Origin: a virus
Lineage: Duplodnaviria > Caudoviricetes
Strand: one strand, 5' to 3'
DNA: 64,000 nucleotides
IMG/VR virus record: IMGVR_UViG_3300005611_000002
Location: 64,001-128,000 of that record
The position numbers and the translations under genes were made by a program. Under the pieces are notes generated by a model. That model saw only the letters and a program-made list of their open reading frames with translations, had not been told where the DNA came from and searched no databases. Below are positions 17,678 through 25,764 of the stretch, in pieces (positions within the stretch are counted from its first letter, which is position 1; every line of letters starts with the position of its first letter).

Positions 17678-17691
17678 GTAAAGGAGAATCA

Positions 17692-17925
17692 ATGCCTACG
17701 TATTCGTTTCGAGACGAAAACACGAAAGAAGAATTTGAAAAGTCGATGAGTAACTCTGACCGAGAGTTATTCCTCGAAGAAAATCCTCATATCAAGCAAA
17801 TTTTCAAGAGGTTTCCGGGAACCGTTGACCCGGTTCGTGTTGGTGTCAAAAGACCCGACGACAGTTTTCGTGATGTTCTCAAAAAAGCAACCGTGCATAA
17901 GCACAATACAATCAATACATGGTGA
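17692..17925 (+). CDS. FmdB-like small protein (Cys-less)
   Basis: MPTYSF.D..T.E.FE..MS...FL.ENPHI.Q; precedes phoH. Confidence 0.65.
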   Translation: MPTYSFRDENTKEEFEKSMSNSDRELFLEENPHIKQIFKRFPGTVDPVRVGVKRPDDSFRDVLKKATVHKHNTINTW

Positions 17926-18004
17926 TTCAATGTTGTGCTTTCACAAATAACCAATAAACGGCTTCTTAACAATTTCGACTGAGGTCGTTTTAGAAGGAGG
18001 TTTC

Positions 18005-18754
18005 ATGGCTAAACAACGCAGACTATCCCGCAAGGAAAGACGTAGACAGGAAAGAGATACGGATCATATGGTCAATATTCTAAACACAAAGTTTGGAATG
18101 AGACAGATCAAACCACTTACTCCAACTCAATCCGAATTGTTCAACTCTTATCGACAAGGATATAATCTAGCGGCCATCGGAACAGCAGGTACAGGAAAAA
18201 CAATGTGCGCTACATACCTAGCGTTACAGGACGTACTAGAGAAAGGAGAGTATGAGAGAATCGTCATCATTCGATCTGCAGTTCAGACGCGCGAACAGGG
18301 TTTCGTCCCAGGCACTTTACCACAAAAGGAAGCAATTTTCGAAGCACCTTACGTAGATATTGTAAACGATCTATTTGGAAGAGGCGATGCCTATCAAATA
18401 CTCAAGCAAAAAGGTATGATACATTTTACGACTTCATCGAATATTCGAGGTCTCACCTTTGATAACTCAGTAATCATTGTAGACGAATGTCAGTCTATGA
18501 CGTATCATGAACTCGACACTATCATTACTCGAGTAGGAGAATCTTCTAAGATTGTATTCTGTGGAGACACTCGCCAGGATGATCTAAAACAATCAAGGAA
18601 TAAAGCAGACATCTCAGGCCTTTCTAATTTCCTGAAAGTACTCAGTTCAATACCGTCTTTTGAAGTAGTTGAGTTTGGAATTGATGACATCGTTCGCTCA
18701 GGACTCGTGAAAGAATATATAATAGCAAAAGAGCAATTATTAGAAGTAGCATAA
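18005..18754 (+). CDS. phoH: PhoH-family ATPase
   Basis: GTAGTGKT, GFVPG, IRGLTF, IVDECQ, FCGD..Q.D, DIVRSGLV. Confidence 0.95.
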   Translation: MAKQRRLSRKERRRQERDTDHMVNILNTKFGMRQIKPLTPTQSELFNSYRQGYNLAAIGTAGTGKTMCATYLALQDVLEKGEYERIVIIRSAVQTREQGFVPGTLPQKEAIFEAPYVDIVNDLFGRGDAYQILKQKGMIHFTTSSNIRGLTFDNSVIIVDECQSMTYHELDTIITRVGESSKIVFCGDTRQDDLKQSRNKADISGLSNFLKVLSSIPSFEVVEFGIDDIVRSGLVKEYIIAKEQLLEVA

Positions 18755-19285
18755 ATGGCGTATGTCGTAAGTTATGAAATAGAAAATTCTAATACTATAT
18801 TCGAGTCTCCGGCAAATGAGCCGGAGACTCAGTTTCCTAGTATCAGATCAACCAGTGATTATACATTCAACGTAACTTTCAACGTATTTGATGATGTAGC
18901 AAATGCAGACGTTGTGGTATTGAGTTCAAATGTTTCAGTTGCTAATACCACAGCAAATGTAAGTATTACATCCACTTCAAACAATTCAGTTCAAATCACG
19001 GTAGAACAGATTGGACCAATTGAACCAGAAATTGATTTGTACAGATTTATAAGCTTTGCAGAAGATTTTGGAAGCTTTGATATAGAACTTAAGACGGCAA
19101 ATAATGCTACGGAAGAAGACTCTGTCATAGAATGGGCAATTACAAGCGAAGTAATTGAATACAAAGTTTCATTAGCAACAGAAGCAAATAGCGTAGTGTC
19201 GACATACGAACAAGACTATCTTTTCCCAAATCTTACGTTAGACACCACTATTCTTTTAGATCTAGTTTCAAGGAGTAAATACTAA
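18755..19285 (+). CDS. acidic beta-rich hypothetical protein, possibly virion-associated
   Basis: ORF coupled to the PAAR gene; ANT/ANN motifs like the structural genes. Confidence 0.6.
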   Translation: MAYVVSYEIENSNTIFESPANEPETQFPSIRSTSDYTFNVTFNVFDDVANADVVVLSSNVSVANTTANVSITSTSNNSVQITVEQIGPIEPEIDLYRFISFAEDFGSFDIELKTANNATEEDSVIEWAITSEVIEYKVSLATEANSVVSTYEQDYLFPNLTLDTTILLDLVSRSKY

Positions 19286-19593
19286 TGCCAGCGGTAGCAG
19301 TATGCACAGTAGACAAAATATCAACCGGTCATCCATGCACAGTGGTTGCTGGCATAAAAGGAGCTTTGCAGGATAAAGTAACGATAGGCGGAAAACCGGT
19401 TGCAATCGTAGGAGACGTTATAGCACCGCATACGATCCTTGTTCCTATTCCTGCATGCATACCTCACTCTGCTGTAGTAAATGCTGGTTCAAGTAAAGTT
19501 TCCATTGGAGGAATTCCAGTTGCTAGAATAGGAGACTCGGCTGATATGGGCGCAATTATTTCAGGATCATCAAAAATATTTGCTGGCGGCTAA
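19285..19593 (+). CDS. PAAR spike-tip protein (gp5.4-like)
   Basis: MPAVA...GH.C, V.IGG.PVA.VGD...PH, GSSKV.IGG.PVARIGD. Confidence 0.9.
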   Translation: MPAVAVCTVDKISTGHPCTVVAGIKGALQDKVTIGGKPVAIVGDVIAPHTILVPIPACIPHSAVVNAGSSKVSIGGIPVARIGDSADMGAIISGSSKIFAGG

Positions 19594-19607
19594 CTAAGGA
19601 TTATATT

Positions 19608-20279
19608 ATGTTTCATCATGTAGACCATGGAATTGTTTTACCGAAGATCACTCGTAAGAATACTGAAGTAGGAAGAAAATACTTCACGCCAGAAGGTAAC
19701 GCATATCCTTCTATCACAACTGTGTTGTCTATTCTCGGAAAGGACGCGATCCAAGAATGGCGCAATCGAGTAGGAGAGGAAGAAGCAAATCGTGTTTCTG
19801 CATTTGCTTCGAAGCGAGGAACTGCAGTTCATAAGATTGCAGAAGACTATCTTAACAACGAACCAGATTACAAGAAAGGACACATGCCAACAAGCGTGGT
19901 GTCCTTCAATGGTATAAAGTCGATACTTGATGAGAGACTAAACAACATCTGGATGCAAGAGACTTTCCTGTATAGTGATAAGCTCAAGTGCGCAGGTCAA
20001 GTTGATTGTATTGCAGAATTTGATGGTGAACTCTCGATTATCGATTTCAAAACGTCTCGTAAGGAAAAGAAGAGATCTTGGATTAGAGGTTATGAAATGC
20101 AAACTTGCTTTTACGCCGCGGCGTTTTTAGAACGTACAGGCATTGCCATAAAAAATTATGCAATAATTATAACAGTAGATGAAGGAAATTCTCAAGTTTT
20201 CACTGGAAATACTTATGAGCCCTTTCATGATTTCTTATCATGTCGTCAAAAGTACGAAGAATATGTAAGATCTCTTTGA
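19608..20279 (+). CDS. PD-(D/E)XK exonuclease; last ~63 codons are a replacement copy
   Basis: YPSITTVL, RGTAVH, AGQVD, IIDFKTS, Q..FY. Confidence 0.85.
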   Translation: MFHHVDHGIVLPKITRKNTEVGRKYFTPEGNAYPSITTVLSILGKDAIQEWRNRVGEEEANRVSAFASKRGTAVHKIAEDYLNNEPDYKKGHMPTSVVSFNGIKSILDERLNNIWMQETFLYSDKLKCAGQVDCIAEFDGELSIIDFKTSRKEKKRSWIRGYEMQTCFYAAAFLERTGIAIKNYAIIITVDEGNSQVFTGNTYEPFHDFLSCRQKYEEYVRSL

Positions 20280-21153
20280 GCCATTTTGTATTTTTTTGAT
20301 ACCAACTCCGACCTAATGTGATACGATATTTTGCTAAATAAATTTTAATCTCCATCACTTCTTTTCTTTTTGATTTTAATTTTCTCGTTTGAATATAACA
20401 CCCAGTCGTTATTTCCGGTGCTTCCTTTGTGTATTTCACTTTACTAATATCTGTTTTAAGTTGATCAATAAGATTTCTTTTTTCTATTATCTCTATACTA
20501 ATTTCTTTACAATTATCAAAATGGTGTCTAGACATTGCAGATGCGGATCTTGCCTTTGCTTTTTTCCCGCAGTGTGGGCATATTATATCTGGTTTTGAAT
20601 CTATAGTTTGCTTTCTTTTTTCTATTTGTTTTTTTCTAGTATTTTCTGAAATTTTAGATTGTCCGTTTCTAAATTTTTCACATCTTTTTTCATATTCTTC
20701 TTTAGTATAAGATTTCCAAATTTTTTTGTGTGTTTTTCGTGACTTTTCTTTAGATTTTTCTGATATAACTCTTCCAGGATATGATCTAGATTTACTAGAT
20801 TTACTTATTAGTTCGCTTCTTCTTCTTTGTACGTCTTCAGGTAACTCACTTAGTAATGGAAACCCTCTATTGTGAGTTATGTTCAACCATTTATCTGATT
20901 TTGATACTTTTAATCTTCGAAGTACACATTCTTCCCAAATTAAAGCATCTTTATGATTATTAAATTTTTTGCGAATTTGTATTACGTCTGGTTCGCCATT
21001 GATTTCTCTAAATTCCTTTACGTGTTTTGATGAAGTAAAGTATTTGACCCACAGATCAGACGGATGACAATTTTTTGCATAGCGAACACCATAATACCAT
21101 TTATCATATTTTGTCCAACCGATAAGATACGTGTAGGGAGTATAAATAGACAT
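20200..21153 (-). CDS. free-standing GIY-YIG-like homing endonuclease with CPHC Zn module
   Basis: YTYLIGW...WYYGVR, YFTSS, WE..VL, WLN, CPHC..HHFDNCK. Confidence 0.8.
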   Translation of the reverse strand: MSIYTPYTYLIGWTKYDKWYYGVRYAKNCHPSDLWVKYFTSSKHVKEFREINGEPDVIQIRKKFNNHKDALIWEECVLRRLKVSKSDKWLNITHNRGFPLLSELPEDVQRRRSELISKSSKSRSYPGRVISEKSKEKSRKTHKKIWKSYTKEEYEKRCEKFRNGQSKISENTRKKQIEKRKQTIDSKPDIICPHCGKKAKARSASAMSRHHFDNCKEISIEIIEKRNLIDQLKTDISKVKYTKEAPEITTGCYIQTRKLKSKRKEVMEIKIYLAKYRITLGRSWYQKNTKWLKEILHILRTFDDMIRNHERAHKYFQ

Positions 21154-21237
21154 GAGCTGCGTTCCTTATTTTTAAATGCGTTAACGTAGAGTAGTTGGGA
21201 CTGGTACTCCGCGAACTACATTAATATTTATAATTTT
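21136..21237. ncRNA. conserved structured endonuclease-leader element, copy 2
   Basis: TATAAATA(21141)..GCTGCGTT..AACGTAGAGTAGTTGGGACTGGTACTCCGCGAACTACATTAA TATTTATA(21225). Confidence 0.75.
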
Positions 21238-21429
21238 GGTTACTTCGTCCAAGCAAGCTTCTACGCCGCCGCATTTCTTGAAAGGACTGGAATTGCTATC
21301 AAGCAAGGTGTAATCTTGATCACTGTCGATGATGGTGAACCTCAAGTCTTCAAGATCAATACCTATGACTACCTCGAGCACTTTCTTGAAGTGCGAAAAA
21401 AGTTCAAACAAATGTACGAAGGGGGTTGA
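21238..21429 (+). pseudogene. orphaned second copy of the exonuclease 3' end
   Basis: GYFVQASFYAAAFLERTGIAIKQGVILITVDDGEPQVF...YEGG* aligns with GYEMQTCFYAAAFLERTGIAIKNYAIIITVDEGNSQVF at 20088-20279; no in-frame ATG/GTG/TTG upstream. Confidence 0.85.
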
Positions 21430-21455
21430 CATTTGTTTTGAAATGGTTTAGAATC
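21426..21455 (+). promoter_or_regulatory. early promoter (second spacer class), GAATC overlapping -10
   Basis: TTGACA-tttgttttgaaatggtt-TAGAAT-C. Confidence 0.8.
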
Positions 21456-21482
21456 ATATTATAAGTTAGGAAAGGAAAACTT

Positions 21483-21728
21483 ATGACGATGATTCGGATT
21501 ACCAAGCGCTTCTATGATGATCACATCGAGCGCGATCTCGAAGCCCCTGCAATTGTTCGCGAGTCAAAGCGTTACTATTGGATCGACACCTCAGATGAAA
21601 ATTTCGATGAGCTTCACGCGGATGCAATCTTCTACCGCGGTATGTGGCTCGATGGCGCTTATGACGCTTACCTCAAGCCGATCTGTATGTCGGCTCACCA
21701 GTTGATTACTGCGTACGAAAGGGGTTGA
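21483..21728 (+). CDS. hypothetical early protein
   Basis: promoter and SD; flanked by 18-nt direct repeats. Confidence 0.75.
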   Translation: MTMIRITKRFYDDHIERDLEAPAIVRESKRYYWIDTSDENFDELHADAIFYRGMWLDGAYDAYLKPICMSAHQLITAYERG

Positions 21729-21753
21729 CAAACACCCCGAATCAGTATAGTAT
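21725..21753 (+). promoter_or_regulatory. early promoter with GAATC in spacer
   Basis: TTGACA-N17-TAGTAT; GAATC 21739-21743. Confidence 0.85.
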
Positions 21754-21787
21754 CATAATATCAAATCAAACCGAAAGGAACTACACT

Positions 21788-22174
21788 ATGGGTACTCATG
21801 CGATGATCGGCATCTGGAATTCCGAAGACGGCTCGGTTGAAGCCACTTATGTTCACTACGACGGCTACGTGGATGGCGTTGGAAATGCGCTGATCCACTT
21901 TTTCAATACTCAAGAAAGCGCATCGGCTGTTGCCAATGTTGGCTATCTTTCTTCTCTGAGTGCTGATCTTGAAACCTCCATCGAGGAATCAGTTCACCAG
22001 GAACCTACGGTTCCCTATGAGTCTGTCGAGCAGTTCATGAAGAACGGCTACGATTACGCAGGTGCGGAATATCTTTATCTTTGGGACGGTGAAGCGTGGT
22101 TTGTAGCTTCTCGGTATGGAGAACAGCGCTTCACTGATGTTATTACTGTTTTGAGTGAAAAAGATGCAGCTTAA
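21788..22174 (+). CDS. hypothetical early protein
   Basis: ATG 21788 after SD; MGT...IG...Y.HYDGY..GVG..L, EY.YL.DG..W. Confidence 0.75.
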   Translation: MGTHAMIGIWNSEDGSVEATYVHYDGYVDGVGNALIHFFNTQESASAVANVGYLSSLSADLETSIEESVHQEPTVPYESVEQFMKNGYDYAGAEYLYLWDGEAWFVASRYGEQRFTDVITVLSEKDAA

Positions 22175-22388
22175 CACGAACCGGATACTCACCAAATTCA
22201 TTCGAACCGAGAGCCATCATTTTGTAGGCACAGTCTGGCCCTTTCGAGGCTGTCAAGTCGAAATGCACGATGATGGCTTTTCGTGTACTTGTAAAAAGCG
22301 CATGACGTATAAATGCAATCATATCAAATCCGTAGAACTTGGTATTCTTGGCGTAGGACTAAAACAATATGAACTTATTCGTACTTGA
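22164..22388 (+). CDS. SWIM-type zinc-finger protein
   Basis: FSCTC......CNHI. Confidence 0.65.
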   Translation: MQLNTNRILTKFIRTESHHFVGTVWPFRGCQVEMHDDGFSCTCKKRMTYKCNHIKSVELGILGVGLKQYELIRT

Positions 22389-22944
22389 TAAACACCCAGT
22401 CAAAGCAGCACAACTTCAGTGCAATCGCCATATTGTGAAGATGGTGGTGGAAAGCGCGCAAATGCTTTCCACTGCTCATCGTATGCTCGACGGCACCGAA
22501 GAGCGCCGATCTTCTAAATCTGGTAAAACCCTGTCGCGGTACTGGGCACTGCCAGATGATCGAGAAGATGTTCTTTACAAAGCTGTTCACATGCATCATC
22601 CGTGCACGGTTTGGACAATGCAATCAAATAACAACTACACGTGGCACTGGGTTCACTTTGCAGCTCTCTGTGATGAATACCAATATCGTTACGGTAAGGT
22701 ACACAAAACAGACACTTTGCTACGAGATCGACTGAAAGAACTTCCGCGAAACATTCCCGTTGGGCCTTTCACACCACAGCCTCTTGCAATGAAATCAAAC
22801 CCTGAGTGCATGTTTCCAAATGATGTAGTCAAGTCGTATCGAGCTTTCTATCAGACTAAGCAACACCGCTTCAAGATGGTGTGGTCAAAAAGATCTGTAC
22901 CAGAATGGTTTGAAATGGTTGACAAATGTGAAGAATCAGTATAG
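22369..22944 (+). CDS. pyrimidine-dimer DNA glycosylase family (DenV-like)
   Basis: MN.F.LD..P..AA...C..H.VKM..ESAQMLSTAH, HPCT.W, EY..RYGK.H. Confidence 0.8.
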   Translation: MNLFVLDKHPVKAAQLQCNRHIVKMVVESAQMLSTAHRMLDGTEERRSSKSGKTLSRYWALPDDREDVLYKAVHMHHPCTVWTMQSNNNYTWHWVHFAALCDEYQYRYGKVHKTDTLLRDRLKELPRNIPVGPFTPQPLAMKSNPECMFPNDVVKSYRAFYQTKQHRFKMVWSKRSVPEWFEMVDKCEESV

Positions 22945-22973
22945 TATCATAATAGGTAAAACGAAAGGAACCT
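22919..22973 (+). promoter_or_regulatory. early promoter cassette with GAATC in spacer
   Basis: TTGACA-N17-TAGTAT; GAATC 22933-22937; CATAATAGGTAAAACGAAAGGAACC. Confidence 0.85.
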
Positions 22974-22976
22974 ACA

Positions 22977-23156
22977 ATGTTTACACCTCAGTTCGTAATC
23001 TTTGTCGAAACTACTACTGGCCAGATTATTCGCGCTTTTACGTGGTGTCGCGATGAAGCTTCTGGTATCGCGCGCGCCCGGCGTGATGCAGTTGAATTTG
23101 GACACACTCCAGCGCGTATCTGGACTGAACGCGTCATTGTAGCAAACCAAAACTAA
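22977..23156 (+). CDS. 59-aa early protein, absent from ORF track
   Basis: ATG right after cassette SD; MFTPQFVIFVETTTGQIIRAFTWCRDEASGIARARRDA...NQN*. Confidence 0.75.
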   Translation: MFTPQFVIFVETTTGQIIRAFTWCRDEASGIARARRDAVEFGHTPARIWTERVIVANQN

Positions 23157-23166
23157 GGAGACTCAA

Positions 23167-23373
23167 ATGATGGAACATTATGAATTCGCAAAGCAGCTTC
23201 GGAATCTTCTTCGTCGTGCAGATCGTTTTGGCTATGATCTTCAAACACTGAAAGAAGAAGTCCTCTACGTTGCTGAGCTTCAGGAAAAGCAAGCTGAGCG
23301 CATTGAGCTAAAGATGATTGCCGATGCTCAAAATGACCCTAGCAATCCTCGGTATGATTACGGCTTGGCGTGA
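23167..23373 (+). CDS. hypothetical protein
   Basis: AAGGAG SD. Confidence 0.7.
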   Translation: MMEHYEFAKQLRNLLRRADRFGYDLQTLKEEVLYVAELQEKQAERIELKMIADAQNDPSNPRYDYGLA

Positions 23374-23672
23374 GTAGATATTTAGTGATTGATAAAGAGA
23401 TGGGTGTCTTTCTAGGTACCTATCTCAAGTTTGCTCTCTTTGCAGCAAATGATGGCTTTGATGTAGTCAAAGCTTTCAGCTTCGAGAGTGAAGATTCTGC
23501 TCACAAATTTGTGGCAATGAATACAAGTCTCGAAGAAGATGACTACTTTGTAGCTCCAATCAAGACGAAAGATAAGTATGTGAGTATTATTGACGTGATT
23601 AAAGCTGGTTACGGAGAGCATACACATAACATGATGAATAATTTGCAAATGATTTCATATTCTGAACATTAG
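23370..23672 (+). CDS. hypothetical protein
   Basis: GTGA overlap. Confidence 0.65.
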   Translation: MSRYLVIDKEMGVFLGTYLKFALFAANDGFDVVKAFSFESEDSAHKFVAMNTSLEEDDYFVAPIKTKDKYVSIIDVIKAGYGEHTHNMMNNLQMISYSEH

Positions 23673-23675
23673 CAG

Positions 23676-23704
23676 TTGACAAACGAGTAGAATCAGTATA
23701 GTAT
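23676..23704 (+). promoter_or_regulatory. early promoter with GAATC in spacer
   Basis: TTGACA-N17-TAGTAT; GAATC 23690-23694. Confidence 0.85.
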
Positions 23705-23732
23705 CAAAATATACGGTATGAAAGGAAACATC

Positions 23733-24140
23733 ATGACTTACACCTTCGACGAGAACATTGTTTCTGATCTTCACAAAGATGCTCGTGGCTTCCGTCCTAG
23801 TGAATACTTCTGGGAAGAATGGACTCAGTGTGGTGACGATACCCGTCAGGCAATGTGGGACTCTCTGATCGAGGAACTCAATGAAACAATGGATCGTGAG
23901 CGTCGAGCCGAAGCTCGTGCTGCTCTTGCTCTGACTGAGCGTCTCGAAAAAATGTACGAACTCGGTGCCACTTCTGAAGTTCAAGCTCTTCAGTGGATCA
24001 TGGAAGCAGAAGAGTTCGAAGACTATGATCTTCGTTACGGCGCAGACTACTTCTGCTACCACTTCGGTCTCAGCTACAGTCTAAAAAATGAGTTTCCCAT
24101 CCAGGAAGCTATCAACGAAATGCTCTCGGAGGTTGTATAA
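23733..24140 (+). CDS. hypothetical early protein
   Basis: ATG 23733 after SD; SDLHKDARGFRP motif. Confidence 0.75.
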   Translation: MTYTFDENIVSDLHKDARGFRPSEYFWEEWTQCGDDTRQAMWDSLIEELNETMDRERRAEARAALALTERLEKMYELGATSEVQALQWIMEAEEFEDYDLRYGADYFCYHFGLSYSLKNEFPIQEAINEMLSEVV

Positions 24141-24367
24141 TGAACGCAAATGGAATTATTCCCGTGGAAAGTAGCGAATGGCCTACTCATGGAAGCCCTC
24201 AAGATCGTGGTTCTGCTGATGCTTACTATGGTCGACGCTTTGATCCTCACTGGTGGCCCGAAGGTACTGGTAAAGGAACTCGTGTAGAAAAAGAAGACAT
24301 GTCTGCTAATCAGATCAAGCAGTATGAATATGGCTACATGAATGAAGAAGATCGGAAAGAATGGTAA
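24140..24367 (+). CDS. hypothetical protein
   Basis: HGSP.DRGSADAYYGR...PH. Confidence 0.7.
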   Translation: MNANGIIPVESSEWPTHGSPQDRGSADAYYGRRFDPHWWPEGTGKGTRVEKEDMSANQIKQYEYGYMNEEDRKEW

Positions 24368-24374
24368 AAACCTG

Positions 24375-24403
24375 TTGACAAATAGACAGAATCATTATAT
24401 TAT
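24375..24403 (+). promoter_or_regulatory. early promoter with GAATC in spacer
   Basis: TTGACA-N17-TATTAT; GAATC 24389-24393. Confidence 0.8.
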
Positions 24404-24439
24404 CTAAATACCGAAACAAAACTGAAAAGGAACTACATC

Positions 24440-25390
24440 ATGGCACACGAACTTGAAATCATCAACGGTGAAGCTCAAATGGCGTATCGCGCTTCGCAGG
24501 GCAAGCCGTGGCACGGTCTTGGTACTCCGGTATCGGACGACATGACTCCGCTTCAAATGATGGAAGCTGCAGGTCTTAACTGGAAAGTCGAAAAAGTCGA
24601 TACATTCTTCGAAGCAGGAGGCCAAAAATTTCCGACTGGTCGGCAAGCACTTATTCGCTCTTCGGATCATAAAATCTTGTCTGAAGTGGGCAAGGGTTGG
24701 AACCCAGTCCAAAATCGCGAAGCTTTTGAATTCTTTACAGACTTCGTTGCTAACGGCGACATGATGATGGATACCGCTGGTTCTCTCAAAGACGGTCGGA
24801 TTGTTTGGGCTTTGGCTGATGTCAAGGATGGCTTTACACTCTTTGGCGGTGACGAAGTTCGCGGTTATCTTTTGTTTTCAAATCCTCATATCTACGGTAA
24901 CTCGATCGACGTCAAGTTTGTTCTCGAACGCGTTGTTTGTAACAACACACTGACGATGGCTCTCAACGAAAAGGGTCAGCCTTCGGTTCGAGTCAACCAC
25001 CGCGCTGAATTTGATGCGGAACGCGTAAAGGAAATCCTTGGTCTGTCTCACCGTCGCGTGGAAAACTTCAAGGAAGCTGCAGAGTTTCTTGGTTCTCGTA
25101 ACTACCAGGAGCAGGATCTGACTCAGTACTTCGGTCAAGTCTTTGGTACTTCAAATAAGGAAGACAAGGATCTGTCTCGTACTGCTGAGCGCGCGGTGGA
25201 ACTCGTTGAGACCTCTCCAGGTGCGAACTTCAAGCCTGGTTCCTGGTGGAACATCTATAATGCGGTGACTTATCTTACTGACCACGAGCTCGGTCGTTCT
25301 GACGACAACCGCATGACTTCGGCTTGGTTTGGCGGTAACGCAAAGCGCAAGACTGAAGCACTGAACCTTGCACTTGACATGGCGGCCTAA
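24440..25390 (+). CDS. DUF932 phage/plasmid protein
   Basis: PWHGLG, AGL.W.V, VQN.EAF.F, TAGSL..GR.VW, RVVCNNTL, W..YNAVT...DH. Confidence 0.88.
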   Translation: MAHELEIINGEAQMAYRASQGKPWHGLGTPVSDDMTPLQMMEAAGLNWKVEKVDTFFEAGGQKFPTGRQALIRSSDHKILSEVGKGWNPVQNREAFEFFTDFVANGDMMMDTAGSLKDGRIVWALADVKDGFTLFGGDEVRGYLLFSNPHIYGNSIDVKFVLERVVCNNTLTMALNEKGQPSVRVNHRAEFDAERVKEILGLSHRRVENFKEAAEFLGSRNYQEQDLTQYFGQVFGTSNKEDKDLSRTAERAVELVETSPGANFKPGSWWNIYNAVTYLTDHELGRSDDNRMTSAWFGGNAKRKTEALNLALDMAA

Positions 25391-25412
25391 GGGCCGTTAT
25401 TCTGGAGAAATC

Positions 25413-25763
25413 ATGACCTCAGTAGGATATACAACGGTAGCGCTAATACACCTAGGTGGTGTATTAGCTTTTCAACAAACCGGCATTGCTTGGATTTTAC
25501 TTATACCTGTAGCTCATGCCGCGTTTGCAACTTTTATTTTTGTATTTGCAGTTTCTGCGCTTTTAGGAACTTCGCACGAAAAAATAAAGTTCGAGCCAGA
25601 AAAAGATCATATCGGAATTCGTTTCTTATCGCAGTTTGCATCTTTATTGACCGCATATCAAGTTTATTTGCTTGGATATGGATTACTGGCAGGTATCATG
25701 ATTATGACTGCAATTTGCTTGATTCTTACTTTGGTATACATTGCAGCAGAAAAGGAAGCATGA
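25413..25763 (+). CDS. multi-pass membrane protein
   Basis: about four hydrophobic segments; GGAG SD; AT-rich. Confidence 0.65.
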   Translation: MTSVGYTTVALIHLGGVLAFQQTGIAWILLIPVAHAAFATFIFVFAVSALLGTSHEKIKFEPEKDHIGIRFLSQFASLLTAYQVYLLGYGLLAGIMIMTAICLILTLVYIAAEKEA

Positions 25764-25764
25764 T

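Noticed and set aside
19608-20279. Cas4/CRISPR association of the exonuclease
   Set aside because: No Fe-S cysteine cluster and no array; this is an ordinary phoH-linked phage exonuclease.
21186-21222. Leader element as an HDV-like, twister or hammerhead ribozyme, or a preQ1 riboswitch (GCGAA, GTCCCAA, GTTCTAG look-alikes)
   Set aside because: The required pseudoknot partners and cores are missing, copy 3 changes GCGAA to GCGAC, and covariation supports a simple stem B instead.
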